Source: Myxococcota bacterium | GTDB taxonomy: Bacteria; Myxococcota_A; UBA796; CAJQPC01 | Length of the DNA: 64,000 nucleotides | Direction of reading: 5' to 3' | Assembly (NCBI GenBank): GCA_036229005.1 | Contig: JAZAMN010000052.1 | Location: forward strand, 64,001-128,000 | In this document: positions 9,939 to 19,557 of the stretch, piece after piece | How positions within the stretch are numbered: the stretch's first letter is position 1 | How the letters are laid out: every line of letters begins with the position of its first letter | The notes under the pieces: model-generated | The model's input: only the letters and a program-made list of their open reading frames with translations | Told to the model about the DNA's origin: nothing | Databases searched by the model: none | Program-made: the position numbers and the translations under genes

Positions 9939-10876
9939 GGCCGCTCCTCCCAGTCCAGCAGGGCGGAGAAGTCGGGGCAGACCTCCCCGATGTCATTCCC
10001 GTCCAGCCAGGCGCGCCCGCAGCCGTCGCAGTCCGGTGGGTACATGGTCGTCCCGCCCGAGGGCACGCCGTCAAAGCGCAGCTCCACCCACCGCCCCTGG
10101 GCATCGCGCAGGGAGATGACCCCGCTGGGCTCGCTGGGGCAGGGGGAGCCGCGCGCCTCGTCGTAGATCACCACGCCCTCCAGCACCGCCGCGTTGACCG
10201 GCCCGGAGAGCCCGGAGATCGCGCTGTTCAGGGAGATGTAGAGCCCCCCGGTGGGCGAGCGGTTGGCCGACAGGGTGTGGTCCAGGCGCCAGGTCTCGCC
10301 AAGCCAGGTGTCGTCAAGTCCGGCGTTCGAGGACGAGAACTCGCCCCACATGTCGTGGTAGAAGTAGTCGTAGCTGTTGCCGGTGTGGAAGGCCTCGTAG
10401 CTGTTGCTGTAGCCCGCCGCCGCGATGCGCTCCCCGGCCGCCCCCGTGATGCTCCCGCTGCCGTAGAAGTAGCCCTGGTAGTCGTAGTCGTAGGAGCCCG
10501 CGCTGTTGCCGTGGGTCAGGTAGGAGCGCCCGTTGCCGGAGAACGCGCTGCCGCCGTCGGACTCGCAGTCGTCGATCCAGTAGTACTGCCCGTAGCTCTC
10601 CAGGTAGGAGTCGTAGTAGTAGGGGCAGTCGCCGTCGCTGCCGGCCTCCCGCAGGCCCTCGTAGGCGCCGTGGAACACCAGCGGATCCACCCGCAGCAGG
10701 GCGTCGATCGCGGTGTTCACCCCCTGGGCCAGCGCCTCGGCGCTCAGGGGCGGCTCGGCTTCTTCATCCGTCACCACCACGTAGGGCGTGGGCTCCTGGG
10801 ACTCCGCGGTCCCCGTGTCCTGGAGCTCGGGTGCGGGCTCGGACACCGCACAGGCCAGGGCCAACACCAGGCTCAT
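9929..10876 (-). CDS. Tyr/Gly/Cys-rich lipoprotein, first gene of the DUF1501 operon
   Basis: MSLVLALAC lipobox; CPSEPSG..CDGCG..GEVC; overlaps the next gene. Confidence 0.7.
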   Translation of the reverse strand: MSLVLALACAVSEPAPELQDTGTAESQEPTPYVVVTDEEAEPPLSAEALAQGVNTAIDALLRVDPLVFHGAYEGLREAGSDGDCPYYYDSYLESYGQYYWIDDCESDGGSAFSGNGRSYLTHGNSAGSYDYDYQGYFYGSGSITGAAGERIAAAGYSNSYEAFHTGNSYDYFYHDMWGEFSSSNAGLDDTWLGETWRLDHTLSANRSPTGGLYISLNSAISGLSGPVNAAVLEGVVIYDEARGSPCPSEPSGVISLRDAQGRWVELRFDGVPSGGTTMYPPDCDGCGRAWLDGNDIGEVCPDFSALLDWEERPWR

Positions 10877-10999
10877 TCCACGCTCCGCGACAGGCGCTGT
10901 CAGCGTACCAGGGATCCCCCGCGATCCCCAGGGAGACCGGGCCCTCCCAAGCAGAGTTTCGGATCAAGCCCCCCCGCGTGTCCCACAATGGGAGGCGCC

Positions 11000-12418
11000 A
11001 TGACCCTGCTGATCCTGATGCTCGCCTGCGGCCGCAACCGCACCGCCCCCCAAGACTGCGACCCCGAGCTGGGCCTGGCCCAGTCCGAGCAGCCCTCCTT
11101 TGATGAAGAGGTCCGGCTGCGCTTGGAGCTCTCGCGGTGCACCGACGACACCTGCTTTGACGCCCGCGCCTGGCGTGAAGATCCCTCCACCGGCGAGGTC
11201 ACCCCGGGGCCCGCCCTGGACCTGGACCTGGCCTGGGGCAGCCTCGGCGAGCTCCAGCACGACGGCAGCGTGAGCACCTGGCGGGTCACCCCGCCCCACA
11301 ACGGCGAGCTGGCGGTCACGGTCCGGGACGACACCCGCGGCCTGAGCCTGCGCCGCACCGCACTGGTGTTCGACACGGTCGCGGAGAGCTGGGACCAGCC
11401 CTTGGCGGTCGAGGGCCTGGTCAACACCTGCGGCTGGGAGGACGGCGCGGCGCTCACCCCCGACGGCGCCTTCCTGTTCGTCCACTACCTGCCCGTCTCC
11501 ATCGACTGCCTGGTGCGCCCTGGGCGCCGCTTCTGTCGCACGGCGGTCGGCCCCGTCAGCGCCCCCGAGCGCCCAGACATGCCCGGCGCCGAGCGGGTGG
11601 ACGAGAGCGGCCGCATCCACCACGGCTGCCCCACCACCGGCCTGGACCCCATGCCCGTCCCCGTGCCGCCCAACTCCCTGTACGTGTTCGCGCGCCAGGA
11701 CGACGGCAGCTACGCCGAGCCCGCCGTGCTCCAGTTCGAGGGCCTGGACGGCTGCGTGGCGCCCTGGGGCCCCACCTTCCTGCCCGACGAGGGCAGCTCC
11801 GCGACCGGCACCCTGGTCGTGTCGGTGGACGACCCCTACGACGACCCGCCCTCCATCCCCGAGTGGGCCCCCCTCACCCTGGGGCAGACCCAGACCCTGG
11901 CCACCTGGGAGAAGGAGGCCGGCAACGCCTCCCGCACCAGCTCCCTGCTGGAGAGCGTGGGCCTGCAGGTCCCCGGGGGGCAGGCCGGAAACCCCCACCT
12001 GAGCGCCGACAGGAGCCAGCTCTGGTTCGACGACGAGGCGGACACCGACACCATCTATGTCACCGCTCTGGACAGCGATCTGCAGGCCACCGGTCAGCCA
12101 CAGAGGCTCCCCAGCGAGGTCTTCTCGGGCCACGAGTCCCAGCCCTACTTTGACGGCGAGCGGCTCTACTTCCGCCAGGACGTGACCCTGATGGTCGCGG
12201 AGTATCTGGGCGGCGACTTCGACCAGGCCAGCGCCTGGGGGACCCCCACTCCAGTGATCGCGGTCGAAGACCGCGGGGAGGCCGGGTCGATGGCCGGCGC
12301 CGGGGAGCCCACCATCGCGGAGATCGACGGCGCAGCGGTCCTGAGCTTTGTCTACGTCATCCGGCGCGAAGACGGAAGCCTGGACCTGAACCTTGGCCAG
12401 GTCGCGGCCCGGGACTGA
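11000..12418 (+). CDS. Lipoprotein, probable beta-propeller (TolB/PD40-like elements)
   Basis: GGAGG RBS; MTLLILMLAC; VNTCGWEDGAALTPDG, NPHLSAD..LWF, ESQPYFDGERLYF. Confidence 0.65.
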   Translation: MTLLILMLACGRNRTAPQDCDPELGLAQSEQPSFDEEVRLRLELSRCTDDTCFDARAWREDPSTGEVTPGPALDLDLAWGSLGELQHDGSVSTWRVTPPHNGELAVTVRDDTRGLSLRRTALVFDTVAESWDQPLAVEGLVNTCGWEDGAALTPDGAFLFVHYLPVSIDCLVRPGRRFCRTAVGPVSAPERPDMPGAERVDESGRIHHGCPTTGLDPMPVPVPPNSLYVFARQDDGSYAEPAVLQFEGLDGCVAPWGPTFLPDEGSSATGTLVVSVDDPYDDPPSIPEWAPLTLGQTQTLATWEKEAGNASRTSSLLESVGLQVPGGQAGNPHLSADRSQLWFDDEADTDTIYVTALDSDLQATGQPQRLPSEVFSGHESQPYFDGERLYFRQDVTLMVAEYLGGDFDQASAWGTPTPVIAVEDRGEAGSMAGAGEPTIAEIDGAAVLSFVYVIRREDGSLDLNLGQVAARD

Positions 12419-13748
12419 TCGCGGCCGAGGGGATCCGCGGCAGGGAGATCCGGAAGCTGGCGCCCTGACCGGGGGCGCTGTCCACCTCGATCTCGCCGCC
12501 GTGGTCCCGCACGATGCCCGCGACGATGGCCAGGCCCAGGCCCGTGCCGTGCCCCAGCTCCTTGGTGGTGAACAGGCGCTCGAAGATGCGCTCCTGCAGC
12601 TCGGGGCTGATGCCCTGCCCGGTGTCCTCCACCTGGAGGATCGCGCGCTGCTCGGTGGCCCAGAGGCTCAGGGTGACTGCGCCGCCTTCGGGCATGGCGT
12701 CGCGGGCGTTGGACACCAAGTTCAGCAGCACCTGCTGGAGCTTCACGCTCACGCCCTCCACCTGCACCGGCTGGGTGGGCAGCTCGATGAGGAGCTGGGT
12801 GCCGGGCGGCAGCGTGCGCCGCAGCATGCGCCCAGCCCGATCCACGAGCCGCACCAGATCCAGCGAGCGCGGCTGCGGCAGCTCCTTGCGGGTCAGGTTC
12901 GTCAGGGTCTGGAGCACGTCCGCCGACAGGTCCACGGCCTGGTGGATGGCCCGGATCGACTCCTGGGCCCCGGCGTCGCCCTCGGCGGCCTCCAGCAGAT
13001 CCGCGTGGGCCTGCACCACCATCAGGAAGTTCCGGACGTCGTGGGCCACGCCGCTGGCGAGCAGGGCCACCAGATCCGTGCGGTTGACGCGCTCGAGCCG
13101 CACCTGCAGCGCCTGGTCCTCCCCCTCGGCCTCCACCGCCTCGGTCACCAGGTTCAGGACGACCACGTGGCCCCCGGGCACGCCGGGCGTGGAGGACCAC
13201 GGGCTGGCCCCCCAGAGCACCCACTGGGTCCCGCTGGGCAGCGGCAGCGGCAGCGGCTCGGTGGCGCGGAAGCGGGCGCCGTCGAGCTCCTCGACGAGCT
13301 GCCCGACAAAGCCCTGGGCGACCGGGCTGCGATCCAAGGCGATGGGCCCGCTGGGGTGGAAGAGCCGATTCCAGCACTCGCTGGTGGCCAGGTATTGTCC
13401 GTCCTCCCCCAGGATGGCCAGGGGAACGGGGGCCTGGGTCAGCACCGCCTGGAGCTGGGTCTCCTTGCTGAAGGCCTCTTCGACGAGCTGGTCGGAGCCC
13501 AGGGTGAACAGCAGGAAGAGCCAGACGGCGGGCACCAGGATGCCCAGGTTCTCGGTGATGCGGCCGGCCTGCGGGAGGCCCAGCCACTCGAGCCCCTCGC
13601 CCAGGTGGATCAGCGCGGCCAGCACCAGCAGCCCCAGCAGCACCGAGCGGGTGCCCGCGCGGCCGGCCAGGTCCCGGCGCCAGAGCCAGCCAGCGGCCAC
13701 GACACACGAAGCGGCGGCCACGAACTGCAGCAGGAGCTCGGGGCTCAT
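12357..13748 (-). CDS. Membrane sensor histidine kinase (TM-PAS-like-HisKA-HATPase)
   Basis: VAHDVRN H-box, QVLLNLVSNARDAM N-box, DTGQGI, FTTKELGHGTGLGL. Confidence 0.92.
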   Translation of the reverse strand: MSPELLLQFVAAASCVVAAGWLWRRDLAGRAGTRSVLLGLLVLAALIHLGEGLEWLGLPQAGRITENLGILVPAVWLFLLFTLGSDQLVEEAFSKETQLQAVLTQAPVPLAILGEDGQYLATSECWNRLFHPSGPIALDRSPVAQGFVGQLVEELDGARFRATEPLPLPLPSGTQWVLWGASPWSSTPGVPGGHVVVLNLVTEAVEAEGEDQALQVRLERVNRTDLVALLASGVAHDVRNFLMVVQAHADLLEAAEGDAGAQESIRAIHQAVDLSADVLQTLTNLTRKELPQPRSLDLVRLVDRAGRMLRRTLPPGTQLLIELPTQPVQVEGVSVKLQQVLLNLVSNARDAMPEGGAVTLSLWATEQRAILQVEDTGQGISPELQERIFERLFTTKELGHGTGLGLAIVAGIVRDHGGEIEVDSAPGQGASFRISLPRIPSAAISPGPRPGQGSGPGFRLRAG

Positions 13749-13969
13749 CGCCGCACCCGAGAGCGGGCGAAGGCCACCGCCCAGACCACCAGCAGCAGGG
13801 AGTGGAGCGCGGCCAGGCCATGCTCGGCCAGGTCCATGGGGTCCCGCAGCATCGGGTGTACGCCGCCCTCGGCGACCGTGACCACGCCGCTGAGCACCCG
13901 ACTGACCAGCGAGCCGACCAGCCAGCCCCAGCCGTGCACCCGCGCGATCTTCGCCCGGCCCACCAGCAT
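13745..13969 (-). CDS. Small membrane protein (true start may lie further upstream, ~14050)
   Basis: Hydrophobic ORF with ATGA overlap to the kinase; the frame stays open upstream (EDREVATLLLSLGCLAY). Confidence 0.5.
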   Translation of the reverse strand: MLVGRAKIARVHGWGWLVGSLVSRVLSGVVTVAEGGVHPMLRDPMDLAEHGLAALHSLLLVVWAVAFARSRVRR

Positions 13970-14150
13970 GTAGGCCAGACAGCCCAGGCTCAGCAGCAGG
14001 GTCGCGACCTCTCGGTCCTCGACGGTGGATGCGAGCGTTGACCAGTCCAGGGGAGCACTCCAGGCTCGAAGGTGAACCCCCCAGCCCCTATCGGACCACC
14101 GTCCACCTCAAAAAAGCAAGCCTCCCCCCAAAAAGCCGCCGGGGTGGGGG

Positions 14151-14156
14151 TAGACT
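14151..14156 (+). promoter_or_regulatory. -10 element (TAGACT) of a probable leaderless transcript
   Basis: TANNNT hexamer 7 nt before ATG 14164; no SD in between. Confidence 0.5.
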
Positions 14157-14163
14157 GCGGACC

Positions 14164-15111
14164 ATGCTGCACATTCTCTTGATGCTGGCCTGCAAGGGGG
14201 ACTCTCCGCCGGACAGCGACTCCGGGGACTCCGCGCTCCCCGCCGATCCGGACCCCGCCACCGTCGCACTGAACGGCGACTGCCCCCTGTCCGAGGACTG
14301 GGGCGGCTTCGTGGTCCAGAGCTCCACCCTCTCCCAGGAGCACGGCGTGGACGGCAAGGTCGCCGACTCGATCTGGCCCTGGGCGGAGCTGGAGGAGATC
14401 GCGGCCGAGGGCGACTGCAGGCTGCTGCGCCGCAACGTGCCCTTCTGCGAGGGCGGCTGCGAGGCGGGCACGACCTGCACTTTTGACGGCGAGTGCGTGC
14501 CCGAGCCCAAGAACCAGGACCTGGGCACCGTGCGCGTGCGCGGCCTGGTCCAAGCCGTGGAGATGACCCCGGCGATCGGGAACACCTACTACGACACCAG
14601 CCTGCCCAACCCCCTGGCCACCCCCGGCGAGCTGATCGTCCTGCAGACCGGGGACGGCAGCTATGGCCCCCAGACGCTCTACGGGGTGGCGGTGGACCCG
14701 CTGGTCGCCCTGGACAGCGAGTGGCTGATCGCCGGAGGGCGGGATCTGCAGGTCTCCTGGGAGCCCCCCACCAGCACCCCCGCGCGGGCCCAGGTGGCGC
14801 TGTTCGTGAACATGGACGTGCACGGCGCGAGCCCCGCGGCGCTGTACTGCACCTTCCAGGACACCGGCTCCGGCACCGTGCCCGGCGCGCTGATCGAGAC
14901 CCTGGTGGAGGCGGGCGTGACCGGGTTCCCCTCTGGCCGCCTGAACCGCCGCACGGTGGACTCCGTGGACCTGGACCCGGGCTGCATGGACTTTGTGGTG
15001 GGCAGCCCCGTCAGCGTCGAGGTCGACGTGGAGGGCTTCACGCCCTGCATCAGCACCGATGACTGCCCGGACGGCATGACCTGCGACACGGAGCTGCAGG
15101 TCTGCTACTGA
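14164..15111 (+). CDS. Cys-rich lipoprotein, myxobacterial type
   Basis: MLHILLMLAC; CEGGCEAGTTCTFDGEC and C-terminal CISTDDCPDGMTCDTELQVC. Confidence 0.72.
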   Translation: MLHILLMLACKGDSPPDSDSGDSALPADPDPATVALNGDCPLSEDWGGFVVQSSTLSQEHGVDGKVADSIWPWAELEEIAAEGDCRLLRRNVPFCEGGCEAGTTCTFDGECVPEPKNQDLGTVRVRGLVQAVEMTPAIGNTYYDTSLPNPLATPGELIVLQTGDGSYGPQTLYGVAVDPLVALDSEWLIAGGRDLQVSWEPPTSTPARAQVALFVNMDVHGASPAALYCTFQDTGSGTVPGALIETLVEAGVTGFPSGRLNRRTVDSVDLDPGCMDFVVGSPVSVEVDVEGFTPCISTDDCPDGMTCDTELQVCY

Positions 15112-15138
15112 GCGCCCGCCGGGGGTCTGGTCAGGGGG

Positions 15139-16677
15139 CTAGTCGCAGGTGCCGGCCTGCTCGTAGTAGACCTCCAGGACCTGCCCGGTGTTCAGGTTCA
15201 GGTCGTCCACGTCGATGCTGTTGAGGCGGGGGTTGTAGCTCCAGCCCAGGTCTTCGATGAAGCCGTCCACGCGCACCTGGATCGAAGACTCCAGGGGGGT
15301 GCCCTCGAGCGCGAACACCTCGTCGGAGGTCACGGAGGCGGCGACCAGCGCCTCCATCATGTCGCTCCAGTCCTCCTTGCAGATGTCCCCGTGGTAGCCG
15401 CCGGTCTCGCGGATGGCCTCGTTCAGGCCGCCGGGGTCTTCGGCGCCGCAGGTCCACGAGAGCCCGCCCGCGATGGCGTGGAAGAGGATGTCGTCCGCGT
15501 CGTCCTTGTAGGTCCTCGCGCGCGAGACGTAGGTCATGCCGCTGCCGCCGCCGCTCTGCTCCAGGTCCCGGTTGATGGTGACCAGGTTGAGCTTGGAGTC
15601 GGCCCAGTGCTCGTCCTCGAAGAGCCAGGACTGGTTCTGGTCGATGCCGTTGAGCAGGGTGGTGAAGGACTGGTCGTTGTCCCCCACCGTCTGGTTCATC
15701 ATCTCCTCGAAGGCCTCGACGGACTCTTCGACGGTGAAGCTCTCGTCGATGTAGGGCTCGCTGCCGTTCACCACTCCGGTGGTCTGGAGCAGCGCGGCGA
15801 CGCGATAGGGCCGCCCGGTGTCCTGCAAGGCCTGGAAGAAGGTGGGCAGCGCCGCCAGGAAGGTCTCGGAGAACTGCGACCAGGAGGAGTTGGGCACCAC
15901 ACACTCGTTGGTGTGGATCAGGAAGGTGCTGCGGCTGCGGTCACCGACCACGAACTCCAGGGTCTTCTCGGCGTCGACGCTGCCGGTCCCGCGCACCTCG
16001 ATCAGGCCCTCGTCCACGTTGGAGTGCACCTGCAGGTAGGCGACCTCCTCGTGCTTGGTGCTGGGGTTGAACTGCACCGCGACCTCGACCGAGTCGTAGC
16101 TGCGCAGGGTCCAGGGGAAGGCCTCCTCCGGCGTGCGCAGGCTGAAGCTGCTGCCCCCGCTCAGGAACAGGGAGTCGATCACCAGAACCGTGTTGCCGGT
16201 GTTGGTCAGCGAGAGCTTGTACTCATCCAGGCAGCCCACCGAGACCTCGCCAAAGTCCAGCTTGGTCCAGGAGAGCTTGAGCTCCGGCCCCAACCCGTTC
16301 CCGACCATGGGCACCAGCACGCTGTCCACCAGGGCGGGGCTCGGGCCCAGCTTCAGCTCCAGGTCGTCCCAGAGCTCGCCCGTCTCGGTGACGGTCCACA
16401 CGACGGTGAGCTCCAGGCTCTGCCCCGGATCCACAAAGGGGGTGGCCGGCGCGAGCACCTGCAGTTCCACCCCGGCCGGCGCGTTGGTGCCCAGAAACAG
16501 CGCCTGGACATCGCCCTCGTTGACCAGCGTGACCGTGGCCTCGCCGGAGCGGCCCACCTCGACATCGCCAAAGTCCAGCGACCCGGCCACGGAGACCGCA
16601 TAGACCGCCTCCACGGCAGGCGCCTGGGTGTCCTGGACCTCTTCGTCCCCACACGCGGCAAGCAAGAGCCACCACAT
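15139..16677 (-). CDS. Lipoprotein with two Ig-like (choice-of-anchor D/ASH) domains and a vWA-like C-terminal domain
   Basis: MWWLLLAAC; LDFGDVEVG..VTLVNEG and LDFGEVSVGC..LTNTG repeats; FHAIAG, TGGYHGDIC.EDW. Confidence 0.75.
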   Translation of the reverse strand: MWWLLLAACGDEEVQDTQAPAVEAVYAVSVAGSLDFGDVEVGRSGEATVTLVNEGDVQALFLGTNAPAGVELQVLAPATPFVDPGQSLELTVVWTVTETGELWDDLELKLGPSPALVDSVLVPMVGNGLGPELKLSWTKLDFGEVSVGCLDEYKLSLTNTGNTVLVIDSLFLSGGSSFSLRTPEEAFPWTLRSYDSVEVAVQFNPSTKHEEVAYLQVHSNVDEGLIEVRGTGSVDAEKTLEFVVGDRSRSTFLIHTNECVVPNSSWSQFSETFLAALPTFFQALQDTGRPYRVAALLQTTGVVNGSEPYIDESFTVEESVEAFEEMMNQTVGDNDQSFTTLLNGIDQNQSWLFEDEHWADSKLNLVTINRDLEQSGGGSGMTYVSRARTYKDDADDILFHAIAGGLSWTCGAEDPGGLNEAIRETGGYHGDICKEDWSDMMEALVAASVTSDEVFALEGTPLESSIQVRVDGFIEDLGWSYNPRLNSIDVDDLNLNTGQVLEVYYEQAGTCD

Positions 16678-16817
16678 CCCGCACTCCTGTCACTGATACT
16701 CCAGCCAGTCTGCCCCAGTTCTCGCGACAACGCCAGCTTTCGCCGGGTGATCTGGCGACTGAGCGTCTCCGAGCGGCCTGCGGGCGTGTACACTGCCGCG
16801 CGACGACGGAGGCGACA

Positions 16818-17915
16818 GTGCACGCGAGCCTGCTGATGCTCTGGCTGGGTTGCTCGGGGGATGAGACGCCCCAGGACAGCGAGCCTGTGGAGACGACAGA
16901 TGACACGGGGACCCAGGACACCGCCGACACGGGCGAGCCGGATCCCTGCGCGACCCCGACCGTGACCTTTATCCGCGCGGACGGCCGCGAGAAGGACATG
17001 AGCGACTACCTGATCAGCGGGGACTACCTGACGCTGGCAGAGGAGGGGCGGCTCGAGGTGTGTCCGGGAGAGTGGTTCACCCGCATCCGCGTCCGGGCCA
17101 ACGTACAGATCGTCGGGCTGGGGGATGCCCCCGAGGACACGCTGCTGTCGGGCGGTGAGTCCGGCACCATCCTGGACGTCGCGGGTCCGGACGTGACGGT
17201 CTCCGTGTCCAACCTGCAGCTCGACCGCGGCGCCGGGCTGGACCCCGACCACAACTCCGGCGGCGGCGGCCTCTACTGCGCCCAGCAGGGCGCGCTGGAG
17301 CTCAGCGACCTGCTGTTCACCAACAACTACGCCGACGACGGCGCGGCGCTCTACACCGAGGACTGCACGGTGGTGGGCACCAACCTCACCATGCGCGACA
17401 ACTACAGCGACGACGACGGCGGCGCCCTGCGCCTGGGCCGCAGCACGGGCAGCTTCGACGGCCTGGTCATGAGCGGGAACAGCTCGCTGGACGGCGGCGC
17501 CGCGGCCTTCTTCGAGAGCACGGTGAGCATCCAGAACGCCGAGATCTCCAACAACACGGGGACCAACTTCGCGGCCGGGATCTGGTCCAACGACAACGAG
17601 CTCACCCTGACCGACGTGGTGTTCTCGGGCAACGTCAACAACGGCAGCTCCCACTACGGCGGCGCGCTGATCACCCGCGGCAACAGCACGCTGAACCGCG
17701 TGACCTTCACGTCCAACAGCGGGCCCCTGGGCGGCGCGCTCTTTGTCTACGTGGACTCGACCACGCAGGTGATCAACAGCGACTTCTCGGACAACTCCCC
17801 CCACGACGTCTACGCCCACAACGGCAAGGGCTCCAACGGCTACGGCGGCACGACCTACACCGCCGGGGCGGCCGCGACCTTCACCTGCAGCAACAACACC
17901 TGCGCCGGGCTCTGA
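16818..17915 (+). CDS. Right-handed parallel beta-helix (polymorphic-repeat) lipoprotein
   Basis: GGAGG RBS; lipobox WLGC; repeated FxxN...GGA motifs (FTNNYADDGAALY, FSGN..YGGAL, FTSNSGPLGGALF). Confidence 0.8.
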   Translation: MHASLLMLWLGCSGDETPQDSEPVETTDDTGTQDTADTGEPDPCATPTVTFIRADGREKDMSDYLISGDYLTLAEEGRLEVCPGEWFTRIRVRANVQIVGLGDAPEDTLLSGGESGTILDVAGPDVTVSVSNLQLDRGAGLDPDHNSGGGGLYCAQQGALELSDLLFTNNYADDGAALYTEDCTVVGTNLTMRDNYSDDDGGALRLGRSTGSFDGLVMSGNSSLDGGAAAFFESTVSIQNAEISNNTGTNFAAGIWSNDNELTLTDVVFSGNVNNGSSHYGGALITRGNSTLNRVTFTSNSGPLGGALFVYVDSTTQVINSDFSDNSPHDVYAHNGKGSNGYGGTTYTAGAAATFTCSNNTCAGL

Positions 17916-18911
17916 ATGCTGCTGCTGCTGCTGGGCTGCGTCGCCCCAAAGGTGTCCTCGCCGGCGCCGCAGAGCGTCAGCAGTGCCCGAGGGGGCGCGG
18001 AGTTGGTGGTGAGGGGCAGCCCCTCCGAGCGCGCACAAGCCCCTCCCGCTGACCTGGTCCTGTACTACGGCGGGGAGCTTGGGGGTTCGCTGGAGACCTG
18101 CGGGTGCCCGGATCGGCCCCGGGGCTCCACGGCCCGCATCGCCACCTATCTGGACGCGGTGCAGGCCCTGCGCCCGGACGAGCGGCGGGTGCTCCTGATG
18201 GCCGGGAACGTGTACGAAGACGCCATGGGCCTGGACGGCGCGCCCCGACCCGAGGTCGCGGTGATGAACCGCTACGTGACCCAGGCATTGGACATGCTGC
18301 GCGTGGACGTGGCGAACATCGGGTACGTGGACCTGCCCGGCGCGCTGGCCGAGCCGACGCTCCCCCCCTGGGCGGTCTCCGCGAACACCAGCGGGCTGCC
18401 GTCCAGCCGGATTGTCGAGGTCGACGGGGTGCGCGTGGGGGTCGTGGGCATCACCAAGTACGGGCTGACCCTGGAGCCCACCCCGGGGCACGCGATCCAG
18501 GACCCCTACCGGCCTGGCGTGGCCGCCATCGAGGCGCTGGTCCCCCACAGCGACGTGCAGGTGCTGCTCTCCTACGGCGCCGGCCAGGTCGCGGCCGACA
18601 TCGCCCGGAACACCCCCGCGCTGGATGTGGTGATCGACGCAGACATGCACCAGGGCTTCTTCGAGCCCGAGATCGTGGGGGAGGCGATCTGGCTGCGCGC
18701 CCCCTTCCAGACCCGGCGCCTTGGAGAGCTGCGCCTGGCTCTGCCCCCGGAGGGGGGCGTGGCGCTGATCGTGGACCGCCGCATCGACCTGGACCCCGAG
18801 CTGCCCGACCAGCCCCAGATGGCTGCCCTGGCGGCCCAGGCGCGGGAGGCCATCGACGCGGCGACGGTGACCTCGTCGGGGCCCGGATATGTGCTGGAGC
18901 CGGGACACTGA
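17916..18911 (+). CDS. UshA/5'-nucleotidase-like lipoprotein with CGC motif (degenerate metal ligands)
   Basis: MLLLLLGC; GSLETCGC..RGSTAR; WAVSAN; IVEVDGVRVGVVG; VLLSY; DVVI. Confidence 0.65.
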   Translation: MLLLLLGCVAPKVSSPAPQSVSSARGGAELVVRGSPSERAQAPPADLVLYYGGELGGSLETCGCPDRPRGSTARIATYLDAVQALRPDERRVLLMAGNVYEDAMGLDGAPRPEVAVMNRYVTQALDMLRVDVANIGYVDLPGALAEPTLPPWAVSANTSGLPSSRIVEVDGVRVGVVGITKYGLTLEPTPGHAIQDPYRPGVAAIEALVPHSDVQVLLSYGAGQVAADIARNTPALDVVIDADMHQGFFEPEIVGEAIWLRAPFQTRRLGELRLALPPEGGVALIVDRRIDLDPELPDQPQMAALAAQAREAIDAATVTSSGPGYVLEPGH

Positions 18912-18930
18912 GCGCCCAGAGAGGTGAGGA

Positions 18931-19482
18931 ATGATGTTCGCGTTGCTGCTGGCCTGCTTGCCCCCCTCCGCAGAGCCAGCCCAGGCCGATCCCGCCCCGG
19001 AGGCGGCCCCCGCGACCCAAGAGGCCCCCGCTGCCGAGGGGCTGGAGTGGGTGATCCTGGACCCCAAGGGCGCCCCCCTGTCCGAGCAGTTGGCGCAGCA
19101 CGCCGCGAAGGCCCACGAGGCCGGTCGACTGCCCGTGGCCTACCTGGGTGCCCGGTGGTGCGCGCCCTGCAAGGTGTTCAAGAAGCAGCGGAACGCCCCG
19201 GAGATCCAGGCGGCGCTGGCGGGCGTGACCCTGCTGGAGATCGACGTGGATCCTTGGATGTCGCAGCTCGGGGACGCGGGCGTGAAGGTCGCCGCCATCC
19301 CTCACTGGTTCCCGCTGGACGCCCAGGGCAAGCCCACGGGACCGGGCGTGAGCGGGGATGCGTGGAAGGACCTGAGCCCAGGCGCGATGGCCCCCACCCT
19401 CAACACCCTCAAGGCGCACCCCAAGGGCAGCCAGATCCAGGCCCCAGGCGAGGTCACGCCGGATGCGCGGTCCACGGATTGA
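18931..19482 (+). CDS. Thioredoxin-family lipoprotein
   Basis: MMFALLLAC; GARWCAPCK; IDVD; cis-Pro AIP. Confidence 0.85.
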   Translation: MMFALLLACLPPSAEPAQADPAPEAAPATQEAPAAEGLEWVILDPKGAPLSEQLAQHAAKAHEAGRLPVAYLGARWCAPCKVFKKQRNAPEIQAALAGVTLLEIDVDPWMSQLGDAGVKVAAIPHWFPLDAQGKPTGPGVSGDAWKDLSPGAMAPTLNTLKAHPKGSQIQAPGEVTPDARSTD

Positions 19483-19557
19483 CACCGAATTGTAAGCGCT
19501 CGTAACCCCGAGCCGGCGAACCCCCGCTATAAGAAGGCCTTCCCACTGGAAGCTGCC

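Noticed and set aside
17916..18911. Selenoprotein read-through in the UshA-like gene
   Set aside because: The motif is encoded TGC-GGG-TGC (CGC); there is no in-frame TGA
19479..19508. Perfect TTGACA -35 hexamer upstream of 19558
   Set aside because: It overlaps a stop codon, and the hexamers at 17-18 nt spacing (GTAACC/TAACCC) are poor -10 matches
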